Source: a bacterium
Lineage (GTDB): Bacteria > UBA8248
DNA length: 64,000 nucleotides
Reading direction: 5' to 3'
Assembly (NCBI GenBank): GCA_965204535.1
Contig: OZ241996.1
Coordinates: forward strand, 544,001 to 608,000
Made by a program: the position numbers and the translations under genes. Below are positions 1-10,361 of the stretch, in pieces. Numbering within the stretch: position 1 is the first letter of the stretch; each line of letters begins with the position of its first letter. A model generated the notes under the pieces. That model was not told where the DNA came from and did not search any database. It worked only from the letters and a program-made list of their open reading frames with translations.

Positions 1-492
1 CTCAACGGAGAGCCCGTAGATGCGATGGTTCCCGTGAACCGCTATCTGGTGGACCTCATCCGCGAGGATTTAGGGATGATGGGCACCAAGCGCGCCTGCG
101 ATCAGGGGGCGTGCGGCTCCTGCTCGATCATCATGGACGGTGAACTCATCAGTTCGTGTCTCGTCCTCGCGGTGCGCGCCGACGGTGCGAACGTCGAGAC
201 GATTGAAGGCCTCGGCGGCCTCGAGGACCTGCATCCCTTACAAGCCGCCTTCGCCTCATACGGCGCTACCCAGTGCGGCTATTGCACGCCGGGGATGATC
301 GTCTCGGCCAAGAAACTGCTCGAGGAGAACCCCGACCCCTCCGAGGAGGAGATCCAGCACTGGCTCACCGGAAACCTCTGCCGCTGCACGGGCTATCGCC
401 AGATCATCTCGGCGATTCGCGCCGTGGCCGAGGGCAGGACCGAACCCGAGGCCCCCATTACGGTTCCCACGGTGAAGGCCTACGACGACTAG
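1..492 (+). CDS. [2Fe-2S] small subunit of a xanthine/CO dehydrogenase-family molybdenum hydroxylase (CoxS/XdhC-like), 5'-partial
   Basis: Motifs GTKRACDQGACGSCSI, QCGYCTPG and GNLCRCTGY. The frame is open to base 1 (LNGEPVDA...), so the true start lies upstream of the window. Confidence 0.92.
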   Translation, partial: LNGEPVDAMVPVNRYLVDLIREDLGMMGTKRACDQGACGSCSIIMDGELISSCLVLAVRADGANVETIEGLGGLEDLHPLQAAFASYGATQCGYCTPGMIVSAKKLLEENPDPSEEEIQHWLTGNLCRCTGYRQIISAIRAVAEGRTEPEAPITVPTVKAYDD

Positions 493-519
493 TTCCCTCC
501 TCCCCTAAAGGAGGCCGCC

Positions 520-975
520 ATGAAGCGAATGATCGAACACGTTGCTCTTCGCGTCACGGATCTCGAGAAATCCATCGCGTTCTACCGCGACGTGATGGGC
601 TTCAAGCCCGTCGGCCGCCGCCTCATCCACGGCGGCGAGATCGACCAGGTCGTCTTCCGCGTGGGAGATGACATCCTTGTTCTCTTTCACGCCGATGATT
701 TCGTCTCCGACGACGTCGAGGTGAAGGGCGGGATGGATCATCTCGCCTTTTGCATGGATGATGCCGAATACAACGAGGTGATCGACCGCCTGCGCGCCAG
801 CGGCCGGGAGCCTCACCGCGGCGAGGAGAAGAACCTGGGCGCCTACGGCGTGGGCTACGCCACCTATTTCTACGATCCCGACAACGTGGAACTCGAGATC
901 AAGCGCTACGACGACCCCCCCGAACAGCCGGGACCCGAGTGGTATGAGAGTGGACGGAAGATGAGCGTCTCCTAG
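520..975 (+). CDS. VOC (glyoxalase/bleomycin resistance) family protein
   Basis: IEHVALRVTDLEKSIAFY, DHLAF and YFYDPDNVELE; GGAGG RBS upstream. Confidence 0.9.
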   Translation: MKRMIEHVALRVTDLEKSIAFYRDVMGFKPVGRRLIHGGEIDQVVFRVGDDILVLFHADDFVSDDVEVKGGMDHLAFCMDDAEYNEVIDRLRASGREPHRGEEKNLGAYGVGYATYFYDPDNVELEIKRYDDPPEQPGPEWYESGRKMSVS

Positions 976-1354
976 GCGACCGGCCCCGACTCGCACGCAT
1001 TCCGGCGCCCCCGTGTCGGATTGTTTTCCAAAGTCCGGCCCGCAGCGACTTGAGATTCCCTCGGTGCGGTTTGAAGTGGTTTCCCGGTTCGTCCCACGGT
1101 TTCCGAGCCTCAGTCCATGAGTGAAATGCAAGGTGAAAACGCAATACATGAGGGATGAAAACACGAATTTAACATGAAATTCTTTATATTTATTGTAGTT
1201 GGATTACTATATAATGAAATATGAGTGTGGAGGGGTTCGGCGGCCACAGGCGCTGACGACAAGAGGCGCTTCCATGCCGAGCCCGGGACTTGCAGCGATC
1301 AACTCCAGGAAGGAATCCAAACACGAGGACGGAATTCAAACAGGAGGATCCGAA

Positions 1355-2629
1355 ATGTCTACCACAAGACTCACGGCGGCGGCCATGTTCGTTATGGTCG
1401 CATCATTCTTCATGTTCGCGCATCCGGTGGTCGCGGCCGAGCGCACCGTCAAGATCGCAGCTTGGGGCGCGAAATCCGGACCGTTGCGCTCGTTCGGCGT
1501 CAACTCCGAGGCCGTGCTCAAAGGGGCGATAAAGGCCATCAACGATTCGGGCGGCGTGAAACTGGGCGACGGCACCATGGCCAAGATGGAATTCACTTAT
1601 TACGACTCCGCCTGCAACGCCGATCAGGCCATCTCGATTGCGCGCAAGGTCGAATCGCAAACCGCAGCTTTGGCCGGCATCGGTCCGACGTGCTCCGGCG
1701 CCGCAGCGGCCATGTACGGCATCTTCCAGAAAAAGGTGGACGACAAGTCCGACAGCGGTCTTCAGTTTCCCATTCTCACCGACACCGCGATTCGTCCCGG
1801 CCTTGCCAAAAAGTCCCAATGGACGTTCCGCAACGTGCCCAACGAGATCACCATGTATGACGCGTTGTTCAAATGGTTGCGCTCCAAGTATCCCGACGTC
1901 AAGACGATCTACGGGGGAACCGAGACCGACCAGGCCCACTCCAGGATCACCTTCGCCGCCGTCATCGTCCAAAAGGCCAAGAAATACGGCTTCGAGTGGG
2001 TCGGCGGCGGCATCGAAGGGGTGACCGGCAAGATTATAGCGGGCATGAAGAATGTGCTCAAAGTCTCGAAATCGTCCAACTGGCTGCTTGCCGATACGAA
2101 CTTCTCGGTCCAGGCCCGCGCCTTCAAGAGATCGGGCGCCGACATGATGATCATCTCCTCGCACCCCTTCACCACCTGCGGCATGCTCAAGGAAATGAGA
2201 CGCCAGCGAATCAGGCCGAAGGTGCTCGTGGGACTCACCAGTTCGTCCAGCGCGGAAACCCTCAAGGGTTGCTCCGCCGCCGCGGAAGGCATCTATATCC
2301 CGACCGGCTTCGCTCCGATCACGAAGGCCGCCGCGAAGGTCGCCGCCGCCGCCGCCGCCAACGGCGGAGCAGCCGATCTGCACAGCGCGGCCGCTTGGGA
2401 GAACGCGCACATCATCAAGCAGGTGGTCGAGGCGACCGGCGTCATGGCCAAGCCCGAGACACTGAAGGCCGACAGGCGCAAGGTACGCGACGGTCTCGAA
2501 GCCCTGGTCAAGGTCGATGGACTGATGGGCGAGATCGGTCGGGTCCAGAACGAGGGCGAATCCATCAAACCCTACGTCTTCGTGCAAGCCCAAAAGGGTA
2601 CGTGGAAAGTCGTCCACGATCCACGCTAA
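1355..2629 (+). CDS. LIV-type ABC transporter substrate-binding protein
   Basis: AGGAGG RBS before ATG 1355, signal peptide, VKIAAWGAKSG and YYDSAC periplasmic-binding pattern; followed by livHMGF-like genes. Confidence 0.85.
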   Translation: MSTTRLTAAAMFVMVASFFMFAHPVVAAERTVKIAAWGAKSGPLRSFGVNSEAVLKGAIKAINDSGGVKLGDGTMAKMEFTYYDSACNADQAISIARKVESQTAALAGIGPTCSGAAAAMYGIFQKKVDDKSDSGLQFPILTDTAIRPGLAKKSQWTFRNVPNEITMYDALFKWLRSKYPDVKTIYGGTETDQAHSRITFAAVIVQKAKKYGFEWVGGGIEGVTGKIIAGMKNVLKVSKSSNWLLADTNFSVQARAFKRSGADMMIISSHPFTTCGMLKEMRRQRIRPKVLVGLTSSSSAETLKGCSAAAEGIYIPTGFAPITKAAAKVAAAAAANGGAADLHSAAAWENAHIIKQVVEATGVMAKPETLKADRRKVRDGLEALVKVDGLMGEIGRVQNEGESIKPYVFVQAQKGTWKVVHDPR

Positions 2630-2670
2630 CGCAGTCTCCGACCAGGATCGCGACTGGTGGATCCTTGATG

Positions 2671-2721
2671 CGGCGACATGGTGAACAGGAGTTCGAATAG
2701 ATGCTGTTCACCATGTCGCCG
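2671..2721. terminator. 18-bp perfect inverted repeat between the binding-protein and permease genes (mRNA stabiliser or attenuator)
   Basis: cggcgacatggtgaacag ... ctgttcaccatgtcgccg with a 15-nt loop; no U-tract. Confidence 0.6.
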
Positions 2722-2851
2722 GGCCGGGACTGGCGTCTTTCCCAGGAAAGTGCGAGAAAGCATGACTAGGAAGGTCCGATCACGTATCCGGTATTAGTCT
2801 CGCGCGACGCTGATTGTCCCTGGTCGCTGAGGGTACAAATGAGATCAGACC

Positions 2852-3748
2852 ATGAGTGATTTTTTGCTCGAGTTCGTAGAGATCACCCAGACCATCGGCG
2901 ACGGCCTGTTCTTCGGCACGACCTATGCGCTGATCGGCATCGGCTTTTCCTTGATTTTCGGCGCCATGCGAAAACTCAACATGACCTACGCCGCGGCGGC
3001 TCTGGCCGGGGCGTACGTCGGCCTGGCCGCGTTCACCTTCATCAACGCCCCGGCCCCGGTAGTATTCCTGATCTCCGCGCTCGCATCGGGGTTGATCGGC
3101 GGCGCCGTGTATATCACCTGCTTCAGGTTCATACCAATCAACAACCACCTTGCCGCCTTGATGGCTTCCATCGGGGCGCTGTTCTTCATCGACGAGATCG
3201 TCGTGCATACGACCGATGGTTCGCCGCTTACTTTTCCGGCATTGTTCGACGACGTGATGTTCGAAATGGGCCCTTACGGGGTGCGCGGCGATTTGCTTTT
3301 CGTGTTGGCGGTGAACATCGTCAGCACCATCGGACTGCTCTACGTGCTCTACCGAACCCGGCTGGGCTTGGCGACGCGAGCGGTGTCCCAACAGGATGTG
3401 GCGGCTCAGCTCTGCGGCATCGACGTCCATCGGACCAACGCCATCACCTTCGTGCTCGCGGGCTTGCTCGGCGGCATCGCCGGTTCGATGACGGCGTCCG
3501 CTGTCGGCGTGCTGTCGCCGCTGATCACCGTGCCGCTCACGGTCAAAGGCCTGATCGTCGCGGTTATCGGGGGCCTTGGATCGATCCCTGGAGCCATTGC
3601 GGCCGGGTTGCTGGTCGGCGGGCTGGAGAATGCGTTCCTGTACTTCCGGGGCGTCAACGAACGCGATATGTACGTGCTTCTGCTGCTGTTCGTTTTCCTG
3701 GTTTTCAGACCCGACGGTCTCTTCGGATCGGCTGTGGAGCGGGACTAG
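2852..3748 (+). CDS. Branched-chain amino acid ABC permease (LivH-like), set 1
   Basis: YALIGIGFSLIFG, TRLGLATRAVSQ, GGLGSIPGA, RPDGLFG. Confidence 0.9.
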   Translation: MSDFLLEFVEITQTIGDGLFFGTTYALIGIGFSLIFGAMRKLNMTYAAAALAGAYVGLAAFTFINAPAPVVFLISALASGLIGGAVYITCFRFIPINNHLAALMASIGALFFIDEIVVHTTDGSPLTFPALFDDVMFEMGPYGVRGDLLFVLAVNIVSTIGLLYVLYRTRLGLATRAVSQQDVAAQLCGIDVHRTNAITFVLAGLLGGIAGSMTASAVGVLSPLITVPLTVKGLIVAVIGGLGSIPGAIAAGLLVGGLENAFLYFRGVNERDMYVLLLLFVFLVFRPDGLFGSAVERD

Positions 3749-3754
3749 CCACCG

Positions 3755-4669
3755 ATGTCGTACTACCTCGGCCTCGCCCAACTCATCGGGATTCACACTC
3801 TTCTCGGCTTGTCCGCGTATGTCCTGATGCTGACCGGACAGCTCTCATTGGGCCAGGCCGGCTTCTTTGCGATCGGAGCCTACTCCGCAGGCATTCTCAC
3901 CGTGATTTTCGAAGTACCGATTCTTCCGGCATTGCTCGCGGGCGCGGTCATCGCCGCGTTCTTCGCGTTCATCGTCGGTTTTCCCGCCCTGAGGGTAAAG
4001 GGTCTGATGCTGGTGGTCGCGACCATCGCGTTCGGCGAGTTCGTTCGTCTGTTCTTCTTCAACCTGAGCTGGCGCGTGCCGCGCGGCGACATCGTAGTCG
4101 GACCGGACAGCACCAACGGCTTCCGCGAGATCCGGTATTTCGTGGCGAACGGATGGTCGCCGTGGGAGATCGCGGCCTTCGTCTGGACGTTCGTCATCCT
4201 GGTCATGACGGCGCTGTGGTGGATGGATCGTTCGCGCGCCGGGGCGGTGTTGCGGGCAGTCGGCGAAGATGAACTCGCGACGCAAAGCGTCGGCATCAAC
4301 CTCACCGCGGTGAAGGTAACGGCCATGACCGCCGGCGGCTTCATCGCCGGCATCGGCGGAGCCCTCTACGCGCACACGGCGACCTACGTCGATCACCTCA
4401 CCTTTACCGTGCTGCTCGCGACCTTCGCGGTCTCCTATCCGATCCTCGGCGGCCTCTCGAGCGTGTTCGGCACCCTGGTGGCGGTCGTCTTCATTCAGGG
4501 CGTGCTCGTGGAAGGACTTCGGTTTCTGGGAGATTGGCGCAACATCGTGTTCGGGTTGCTGATCATCATGGCGATGAACCTGAAGCCTTCCGGCCTGTTC
4601 GATGCACGCACCGCCCAGGTCCTGAAACGCGCAGTCGGTCTCGACGGGCAGGAGAAGTCCGATGCTTGA
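3755..4669 (+). CDS. Branched-chain amino acid ABC permease (LivM-like), set 1
   Basis: TGQLSLGQAGFFAIGAY, ATIAFGE, RAVGEDE. Confidence 0.9.
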   Translation: MSYYLGLAQLIGIHTLLGLSAYVLMLTGQLSLGQAGFFAIGAYSAGILTVIFEVPILPALLAGAVIAAFFAFIVGFPALRVKGLMLVVATIAFGEFVRLFFFNLSWRVPRGDIVVGPDSTNGFREIRYFVANGWSPWEIAAFVWTFVILVMTALWWMDRSRAGAVLRAVGEDELATQSVGINLTAVKVTAMTAGGFIAGIGGALYAHTATYVDHLTFTVLLATFAVSYPILGGLSSVFGTLVAVVFIQGVLVEGLRFLGDWRNIVFGLLIIMAMNLKPSGLFDARTAQVLKRAVGLDGQEKSDA

Positions 4670-5438
4670 GCTGCGCGGACTGTCGAAACACTTCGGTGGG
4701 GTCAAGGCCGTCGATGAACTGGACATCACTGTTCAAGAGGGCGAGATCTTCGGGTTAATCGGCCCCAATGGCTCGGGCAAGAGCACGACCATCAACCTGG
4801 TCTGCGGTGTGTATCAGGAAACGGCCGGTACGGTTCGATTCCACGAGGAACTGATGAACGGCAAGCCTCCGCACCAACGCCTGCGAGCGGGAATCGCCCG
4901 AACGTTCCAGAATATCCGCCTGTTTCCGAATCTCACCGTATGGCAGAACCTGTGGGTGGCGCAGAACTCGCCCCAGGATATCGCCGCGCAAGGTTTTCTG
5001 TCACGCTGGTTCGGCGCTACCCGCCGGACGCGGAGGGAGATCGCCACCCTGCTCGAACTCGCCGATTTGGAACACAAAAGCGATGAACTCGCATCCAACC
5101 TCGCATTTGGGGAACAACGGCGACTGGAGTTTGCTCGCGCCGCGGCGGCCCGCCCAAAGTTGTTGTTGCTGGACGAACCTGCAGCCGGCATGAACCGCCA
5201 GGAGATCCATGATCTGAGCCAGCGCATTCGTCGTATGCGCGATTCCGGCGTAACGATCCTGCTCGTCGAACACGTGATGGAACTCGTAATGGGCGTGGCG
5301 GAGCAAATCGCCGTTCTCAATTTCGGGCAGAAGATCGCATCCGGGACTCCAGGCGACGTACAGCGGAACAAGGCTGTGCAGGAGGCTTACCTGGGAACAT
5401 CCGACTCGGATGCCCCCTCCCTCGATGCGGGCGATTGA
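4662..5438 (+). CDS. ABC ATPase (LivG-like), set 1
   Basis: GPNGSGKST, ARTFQNIRLF, LLLDEPAAG. Confidence 0.92.
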   Translation: MLELRGLSKHFGGVKAVDELDITVQEGEIFGLIGPNGSGKSTTINLVCGVYQETAGTVRFHEELMNGKPPHQRLRAGIARTFQNIRLFPNLTVWQNLWVAQNSPQDIAAQGFLSRWFGATRRTRREIATLLELADLEHKSDELASNLAFGEQRRLEFARAAAARPKLLLLDEPAAGMNRQEIHDLSQRIRRMRDSGVTILLVEHVMELVMGVAEQIAVLNFGQKIASGTPGDVQRNKAVQEAYLGTSDSDAPSLDAGD

Positions 5439-5442
5439 GAAC

Positions 5443-6159
5443 ATGCTGAGCGTTCGGGATCTCGTCACTTCCTACGGAAAAGTGCAGGCGTTGCGAGGCA
5501 TCTGCCTGGATGCGGCCGAGGGCGAAATCACGTGTCTGCTCGGCCCTAACGGCGCAGGCAAAACGACGACCATGTTCACCATTGCAGGCATCCTTTCCCC
5601 CGAATCCGGCTCCGTCGTTTTGAGCGGCGATGACATAACGCGGCTGCCGGCCAGCAAGGTGGTCTCAAGAGGCCTCGCTCTGGTGCCCGAGAACCGTCTT
5701 GTCTTTCCCTACATGAACGTCGAGGAGAACCTTCATGCCGGCGCCTACTCCCGGCGGGCTTCCGAGGCGGAGGTCGCGGCCGATGTCGCGGACATGTATC
5801 GGCGTTTTCCTCGCCTGGAAGAACGCAAGGGTCAGCTTGCGGGCACCCTGTCGGGAGGCGAGCAGCAGATGCTGGCCATTGCCAGGGGTCTGATGAATCG
5901 CCCCGAGATTCTGCTCATGGACGAGCCATCCATCGGGCTGGCGCCGCTGATCGTCAGGGAGATTTTCAACATCATCCGCGAATTGAATGCGGAAGGCGTC
6001 ACGATTTTCCTGGTCGAACAAAACGCCCATATGGCGCTGACTGTGGCCCACAAGTTCTACCTCATCGAAAACGGAGAAATCACATTCTCGGGATCGCCCG
6101 GTGAGCTCGCAGAAGACGAGGTCATTCACCGGGCCTACCTCGGGTCGCAGAAGGGTTAA
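5443..6159 (+). CDS. ABC ATPase (LivF-like), set 1
   Basis: GPNGAGKTT, LSGGEQQM, MDEPS, VEQN; start placed at ATG 5443. Confidence 0.92.
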   Translation: MLSVRDLVTSYGKVQALRGICLDAAEGEITCLLGPNGAGKTTTMFTIAGILSPESGSVVLSGDDITRLPASKVVSRGLALVPENRLVFPYMNVEENLHAGAYSRRASEAEVAADVADMYRRFPRLEERKGQLAGTLSGGEQQMLAIARGLMNRPEILLMDEPSIGLAPLIVREIFNIIRELNAEGVTIFLVEQNAHMALTVAHKFYLIENGEITFSGSPGELAEDEVIHRAYLGSQKG

Positions 6160-6186
6160 CGAATACCGGAGTCGTAGGAGCACGTC

Positions 6187-7086
6187 TTGATCGATTTTGT
6201 CCAGAATACGGTCGACGGCATGATGTTCGGTTCGTCCTACGCGCTTCTGGCGATTGGCTTCACGATCATCTTCGGCGTGATGCGCCGGATCAATCTCTCC
6301 TTCGGCGCCACCATCATGCTCGGCGCCTACATCGGCACGTGGCTGCACGTGCATCATCAGGTCAGTGTGTGGATCGTCGCCTTGACGACACTGACGAGCA
6401 CCGTCCTCGTCGGCATCTATGTCGAACGCTTGTGCTTTCACGCCATCCGCCGCAGCGCCGTGCTCGCGTCGATGGTGTCGAGCTTCGTGATCTGGATGCA
6501 GTTGGAGGAAGCTGCAATCCATCTGCTGCCCGAGCGCACCTATGCCTTCCCCGCTTTGCTCGTAGCCGATTCTTTCGAACTCGGCCCCTTTCTGTTCCGG
6601 GCGGAACAGACCTCGATGCTGGCCCTGGCGATGATCATGGTAGGCGTTTTGCACGTCCTGTTGTATCACACCCGTTTTGGTCTGGCGTTGCGAGCGGTCT
6701 CCGAAAGCTCGCTGGCCGCCGCCTATATGGGCATCAATGCGGCCTGGGTCACGCTGTGCGCATTCGCGTTGGTGTCCCTGATCGGCGGGGTGGCAGGCTA
6801 CGCCATATTGTCCACGGATGCGCAGATTACCCCCTTCTTCGGCTTGTGGGCCACCTTCAAGGGTCTCATTGCGATGATGCTGGGCGGCATGGGGTCGCTG
6901 CCGGGCGCGATTCTGGGCGGCTTGCTGCTGGGCGTCGTCGAAGCCCACGCGCTGTGGTATCTGGGCAACGAATATAAAGATCTCAGCACATATCTGCTGC
7001 TGTTCGGGATGCTGGTGCTGCGGCCCGGCGGCCTCATGGGTCAACACATTCTGAGCCGCGAGGCTCTCGCTTTCCGGCGGGTTTGA
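6187..7086 (+). CDS. Branched-chain amino acid ABC permease (LivH-like), set 2
   Basis: YALLAIGFTIIFG, GGMGSLPGAILGG, RPGGLMG. Confidence 0.9.
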   Translation: MIDFVQNTVDGMMFGSSYALLAIGFTIIFGVMRRINLSFGATIMLGAYIGTWLHVHHQVSVWIVALTTLTSTVLVGIYVERLCFHAIRRSAVLASMVSSFVIWMQLEEAAIHLLPERTYAFPALLVADSFELGPFLFRAEQTSMLALAMIMVGVLHVLLYHTRFGLALRAVSESSLAAAYMGINAAWVTLCAFALVSLIGGVAGYAILSTDAQITPFFGLWATFKGLIAMMLGGMGSLPGAILGGLLLGVVEAHALWYLGNEYKDLSTYLLLFGMLVLRPGGLMGQHILSREALAFRRV

Positions 7087-7089
7087 GGG

Positions 7090-7998
7090 ATGGACGATTA
7101 CGTCATCACGGTGCTGTCGAACATCGGCATGATCTCGTTCATCGCGCTGTCGGCCTACCTGCTGTTGCTGACGGGGGAGATCTCCTTCGGTCAGCAGGCC
7201 TACTTCGGCCTGAGCGCGTACGCGGCCGGTGCTGCGACCGCTATGTTCGAGATGCCGATCTGGGCGGGAATTCTCGTCGGCGCGTGCGCGGCCGGAATCA
7301 TCGCGATGGTCGTGGGGGCTCTGACGCTTCAGCTCAGCGGTCTCTACTTTTCGGTAGCCACTCTGGCTTTTGCCGAGATGGCGCGCCTGATCCTGTTGAT
7401 CGTCGAAATTCAGGTCGAAGTCGATGGGGAGATGGTGGGTCCGGAGGGTGCAAACGGATTCCACGGCATCCGCTGGATGTTTGAGCGCGACATCAGCCTG
7501 ACCGAGTTCATGCTCCTCATCTACGGGTTACTTGCGCTGACGTTGATCTGCTTGCTGCTCGTCGAGCGCTCCCGTCTGGGTTCGGTTCTCAGAATGCTCG
7601 GTTCGGATGACCTGCTGGCCGAGATGCAGGGTCTGAATACCGTGCGCTATCGCATCCTGGCGGTGGGCATGGCCGGTGTGATCGCAGGCGTCGGCGGGGC
7701 TCTTTACGCCCACTTCACCACCTATGTGGAGCCGCAGTTCTTCAACGTCATGTTAGGCGTGCATGCCCTCGCTTACGGTCTGATCGGAGGCCTTGGTACG
7801 GCATTCGGACCGCTCATCGGCGTCGCCATCGATGTCGGTTTTCTGGAGGCGATTCGCTTCATCCAGGGCTATAGAATGATCGTGTTTGGCGGCCTGGTGG
7901 CGGTACTGTTGATTTTCATGCCGCGCGGCATCCTCGACGAGGAGCGGGTGCATCGGTTGAAGACTGTGTTCTCGAGGCGGAATCATGCTCGCGCTTAG
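7090..7998 (+). CDS. Branched-chain amino acid ABC permease (LivM-like), set 2
   Basis: TGEISFGQQAYFG, ATLAFAE, GGLGTAFGP. Confidence 0.9.
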   Translation: MDDYVITVLSNIGMISFIALSAYLLLLTGEISFGQQAYFGLSAYAAGAATAMFEMPIWAGILVGACAAGIIAMVVGALTLQLSGLYFSVATLAFAEMARLILLIVEIQVEVDGEMVGPEGANGFHGIRWMFERDISLTEFMLLIYGLLALTLICLLLVERSRLGSVLRMLGSDDLLAEMQGLNTVRYRILAVGMAGVIAGVGGALYAHFTTYVEPQFFNVMLGVHALAYGLIGGLGTAFGPLIGVAIDVGFLEAIRFIQGYRMIVFGGLVAVLLIFMPRGILDEERVHRLKTVFSRRNHARA

Positions 7999-8743
7999 GG
8001 AGGTCGAGAAACGTTTCGGCGCTTTGGCCGCGCTCGACAGGATCGACCTCGAGGTCGCGGCCGGTGAGGTTCTGGGCCTCATCGGGCCGAATGGATCGGG
8101 CAAGACGACGCTTCTGAACACCGTGACCGGCGTGTACCCGCCGAGCGGCGGGCGCATTTCCTTCCAGGGCGCGGACATCACCGGATGGCGAGGGCACCGA
8201 ATCGCGCGCTTGGGAATCGCGCGCACTTTTCAGAACATCCGCTTGTTTCCGACCATGACCGTCTTCCAGAACGTATGGGCCTCGCAGCACAGCCGGGTTT
8301 CCGGCGGGCTGCTCGGCCTGTTGCGAAGCCGCCCGGCGCGCAGATGCGGTGATACCAGAAGAGTCGAGGAAATGCTGGAATTGGTTGGACTTCTCCAAGA
8401 TCGGGAAGTGCTGGCGAAGAACCTCCCCTTGCTGGCGCGCCGGCGCCTGGAGGTCGCCCGTGCGCTGACGATCGACCCGCCGCTGGTGTTCCTCGACGAA
8501 CCGGCGGGCGGCATGACTCCGGCCGAGACCGCAGACATGGCCCGGCTCATCCATGAGGTCGTCGCTCCGAACCGCACTTGTGTGGTGATCGAGCATAAGA
8601 TGGCGCTGATCGCGGGCGTGTGCACCCGTCTTTGCGTGCTCGATTTCGGCCGAAAGATAGCGGAAGGACTACCGGATGAGGTGTTCGCCGATGCGAAGGT
8701 CCGCCAAGCCTATCTGGGCAGGGACGATGCGCCCGATGCTTGA
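7985..8743 (+). CDS. ABC ATPase (LivG-like), set 2
   Basis: GPNGSGKTT, ARTFQNIRLF, FLDEPAGG. Confidence 0.9.
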   Translation: MLALREVEKRFGALAALDRIDLEVAAGEVLGLIGPNGSGKTTLLNTVTGVYPPSGGRISFQGADITGWRGHRIARLGIARTFQNIRLFPTMTVFQNVWASQHSRVSGGLLGLLRSRPARRCGDTRRVEEMLELVGLLQDREVLAKNLPLLARRRLEVARALTIDPPLVFLDEPAGGMTPAETADMARLIHEVVAPNRTCVVIEHKMALIAGVCTRLCVLDFGRKIAEGLPDEVFADAKVRQAYLGRDDAPDA

Positions 8744-9488
8744 AGTGCGCAGACTGGGCGTCTCCTACGGCGGCATTCGCGCGGTCGATGAGGTGTCATT
8801 GGAAGTCCGGCCCGGAGAGATCGTTTCCATCATCGGCGCAAACGGCGCCGGCAAGACTTCGATCCTCAATGCGATCTCGGGTATCGTGCCGCCGGAGACC
8901 GGTGAGATCCTCTTCGAGGGAGAGTCGATTGGCGGCCTTCCGTCGCACGCCGTCGTCGCCCGCGGCATCGTGCAGGTTCCGGAGGGGCGGATGATCTTCG
9001 GGACCCTGAGCGTGGAGGAAAACCTCCAGGCCGCCGCCCATCAGAGCGGCCGGTTCGTGTTGCGGCGCCACGACCGCCCGAGCCTGCGGCGCCTGTTCCC
9101 CGCCCTTGCGGACAAGCTGGACAGTCCGGCCGCCGGCCTGAGCGGCGGCGAAGCGCAGATGCTGGCGCTCGCCCGCGGGCTCGAGTCCAGGCCCCGGATG
9201 CTGCTGCTGGACGAACCCTCGCTCGGCTTGTCGCCCAAGTTGGCGGAGGAGGTTTTCGGGCTGATCTCCCGGCTCCGCGAGGGGGGGCTCACCATCCTCC
9301 TCGTTGAACAGAACGTCCGGTGGACCATGGCGCTCGCCGACCGGGCTTACGTTCTCGAAAGCGGACGGATTACGCTCCACGGGTCTGCGGCGGAACTGAT
9401 GTCGGACGAGCGGCTCGTGTCGAATTACCTGGGCATTCCCGCGCCTGAATCACTCAACCCATCCTCAGAGGAGGCGCAACCATGCTGA
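8736..9488 (+). CDS. ABC ATPase (LivF-like), set 2
   Basis: GANGAGKTS, LSGGEAQM, LDEPSLGL; start at ATG 8736 (or 8727). Confidence 0.9.
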   Translation: MLEVRRLGVSYGGIRAVDEVSLEVRPGEIVSIIGANGAGKTSILNAISGIVPPETGEILFEGESIGGLPSHAVVARGIVQVPEGRMIFGTLSVEENLQAAAHQSGRFVLRRHDRPSLRRLFPALADKLDSPAAGLSGGEAQMLALARGLESRPRMLLLDEPSLGLSPKLAEEVFGLISRLREGGLTILLVEQNVRWTMALADRAYVLESGRITLHGSAAELMSDERLVSNYLGIPAPESLNPSSEEAQPC

Positions 9489-9859
9489 AAATCCTTTTGT
9501 TCATCGTTTTTGCTGTTGGCGGATTGGTGTTGTCGCCGATGTCGGCGGCGGGCGAGCGAAAGGTGGCCGAGGTGGAATGCAAGCCGGCGGAGAAGAAGCT
9601 GGTCTACGACTGCATGATCTCCCTCAAGGGCAAGAAGAGCGGCATGCCGGTCGCAGGCGCCGAGTTCACGGTCGGCGCCGATATGCCGTCCATGCCCGGC
9701 GCCCACAACGTGCGTCCGGTGCCCGCGGAACCGGGCGGAACCCCCGGAACCTACCGGGCGCGGGTTCACCTCGAAATGACGGGAGAGTGGGCGCTCAAGC
9801 TGGATTTCACCAAGCCGGGCCGGGACCGTGTGATCAAGAAGCTCCATTTCGGGGGATGA
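9482..9859 (+). CDS. Secreted FixH/YtkA-like protein; may extend to 9954 through a frameshift
   Basis: Signal peptide, ADMPSMPGAH and LEMTGEW typical of YtkA-like proteins; a His/Gly-rich tail lies in another frame after a G5 run. Confidence 0.7.
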   Translation: MLKILLFIVFAVGGLVLSPMSAAGERKVAEVECKPAEKKLVYDCMISLKGKKSGMPVAGAEFTVGADMPSMPGAHNVRPVPAEPGGTPGTYRARVHLEMTGEWALKLDFTKPGRDRVIKKLHFGG

Positions 9860-10361
9860 AAGGGCACGGCGGGCACAAATCCGATATGTCCCATGGCGGT
9901 AAAGGCAAGGCAATGGAGCACGGAGACACGGGAAGAAATAAAATCGATGATTAGACAATAGAGGCGCAGGTAAACCCGAGGGCGCGCTTGTGATTTCATC
10001 AGAATGCCAAGGTGGTAACCCTCAACTTGTGGCCCATTGATAAATAGATTTTTTCTTTTTGAGAACGTATTTCGCGTGGTTAGAGGCGGTGGGGGGTTTT
10101 CAGCGGGCTTAGAATCCTTGTAGTCTGCTGAAAGTATTGCGGGTATTTGTTTATTTTGAGTTTCAGCCGAGGTTCGGTTATCTACGATATGTAATCAAAT
10201 CGGATGCGGACGAATTCTAACTCACGCGTATCTCGTAGCGTCCGTGTCGTTAAGCGTTCGGGCGGGCCGTGATGGACCCGGCGCCGGGCGCATCGCCTCC
10301 ATCGGATAGAATTTTCCCGGGCGACTGGTAACGCGATTCGACATGTGCTAATGATGTCGGC

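Noticed and set aside
5665-7464. Long antisense ORFs, also 19634..21424, 41512..43563 and 50282..51772
   Set aside because: Shadow frames of well-supported GC-rich genes, with no recognisable motifs.
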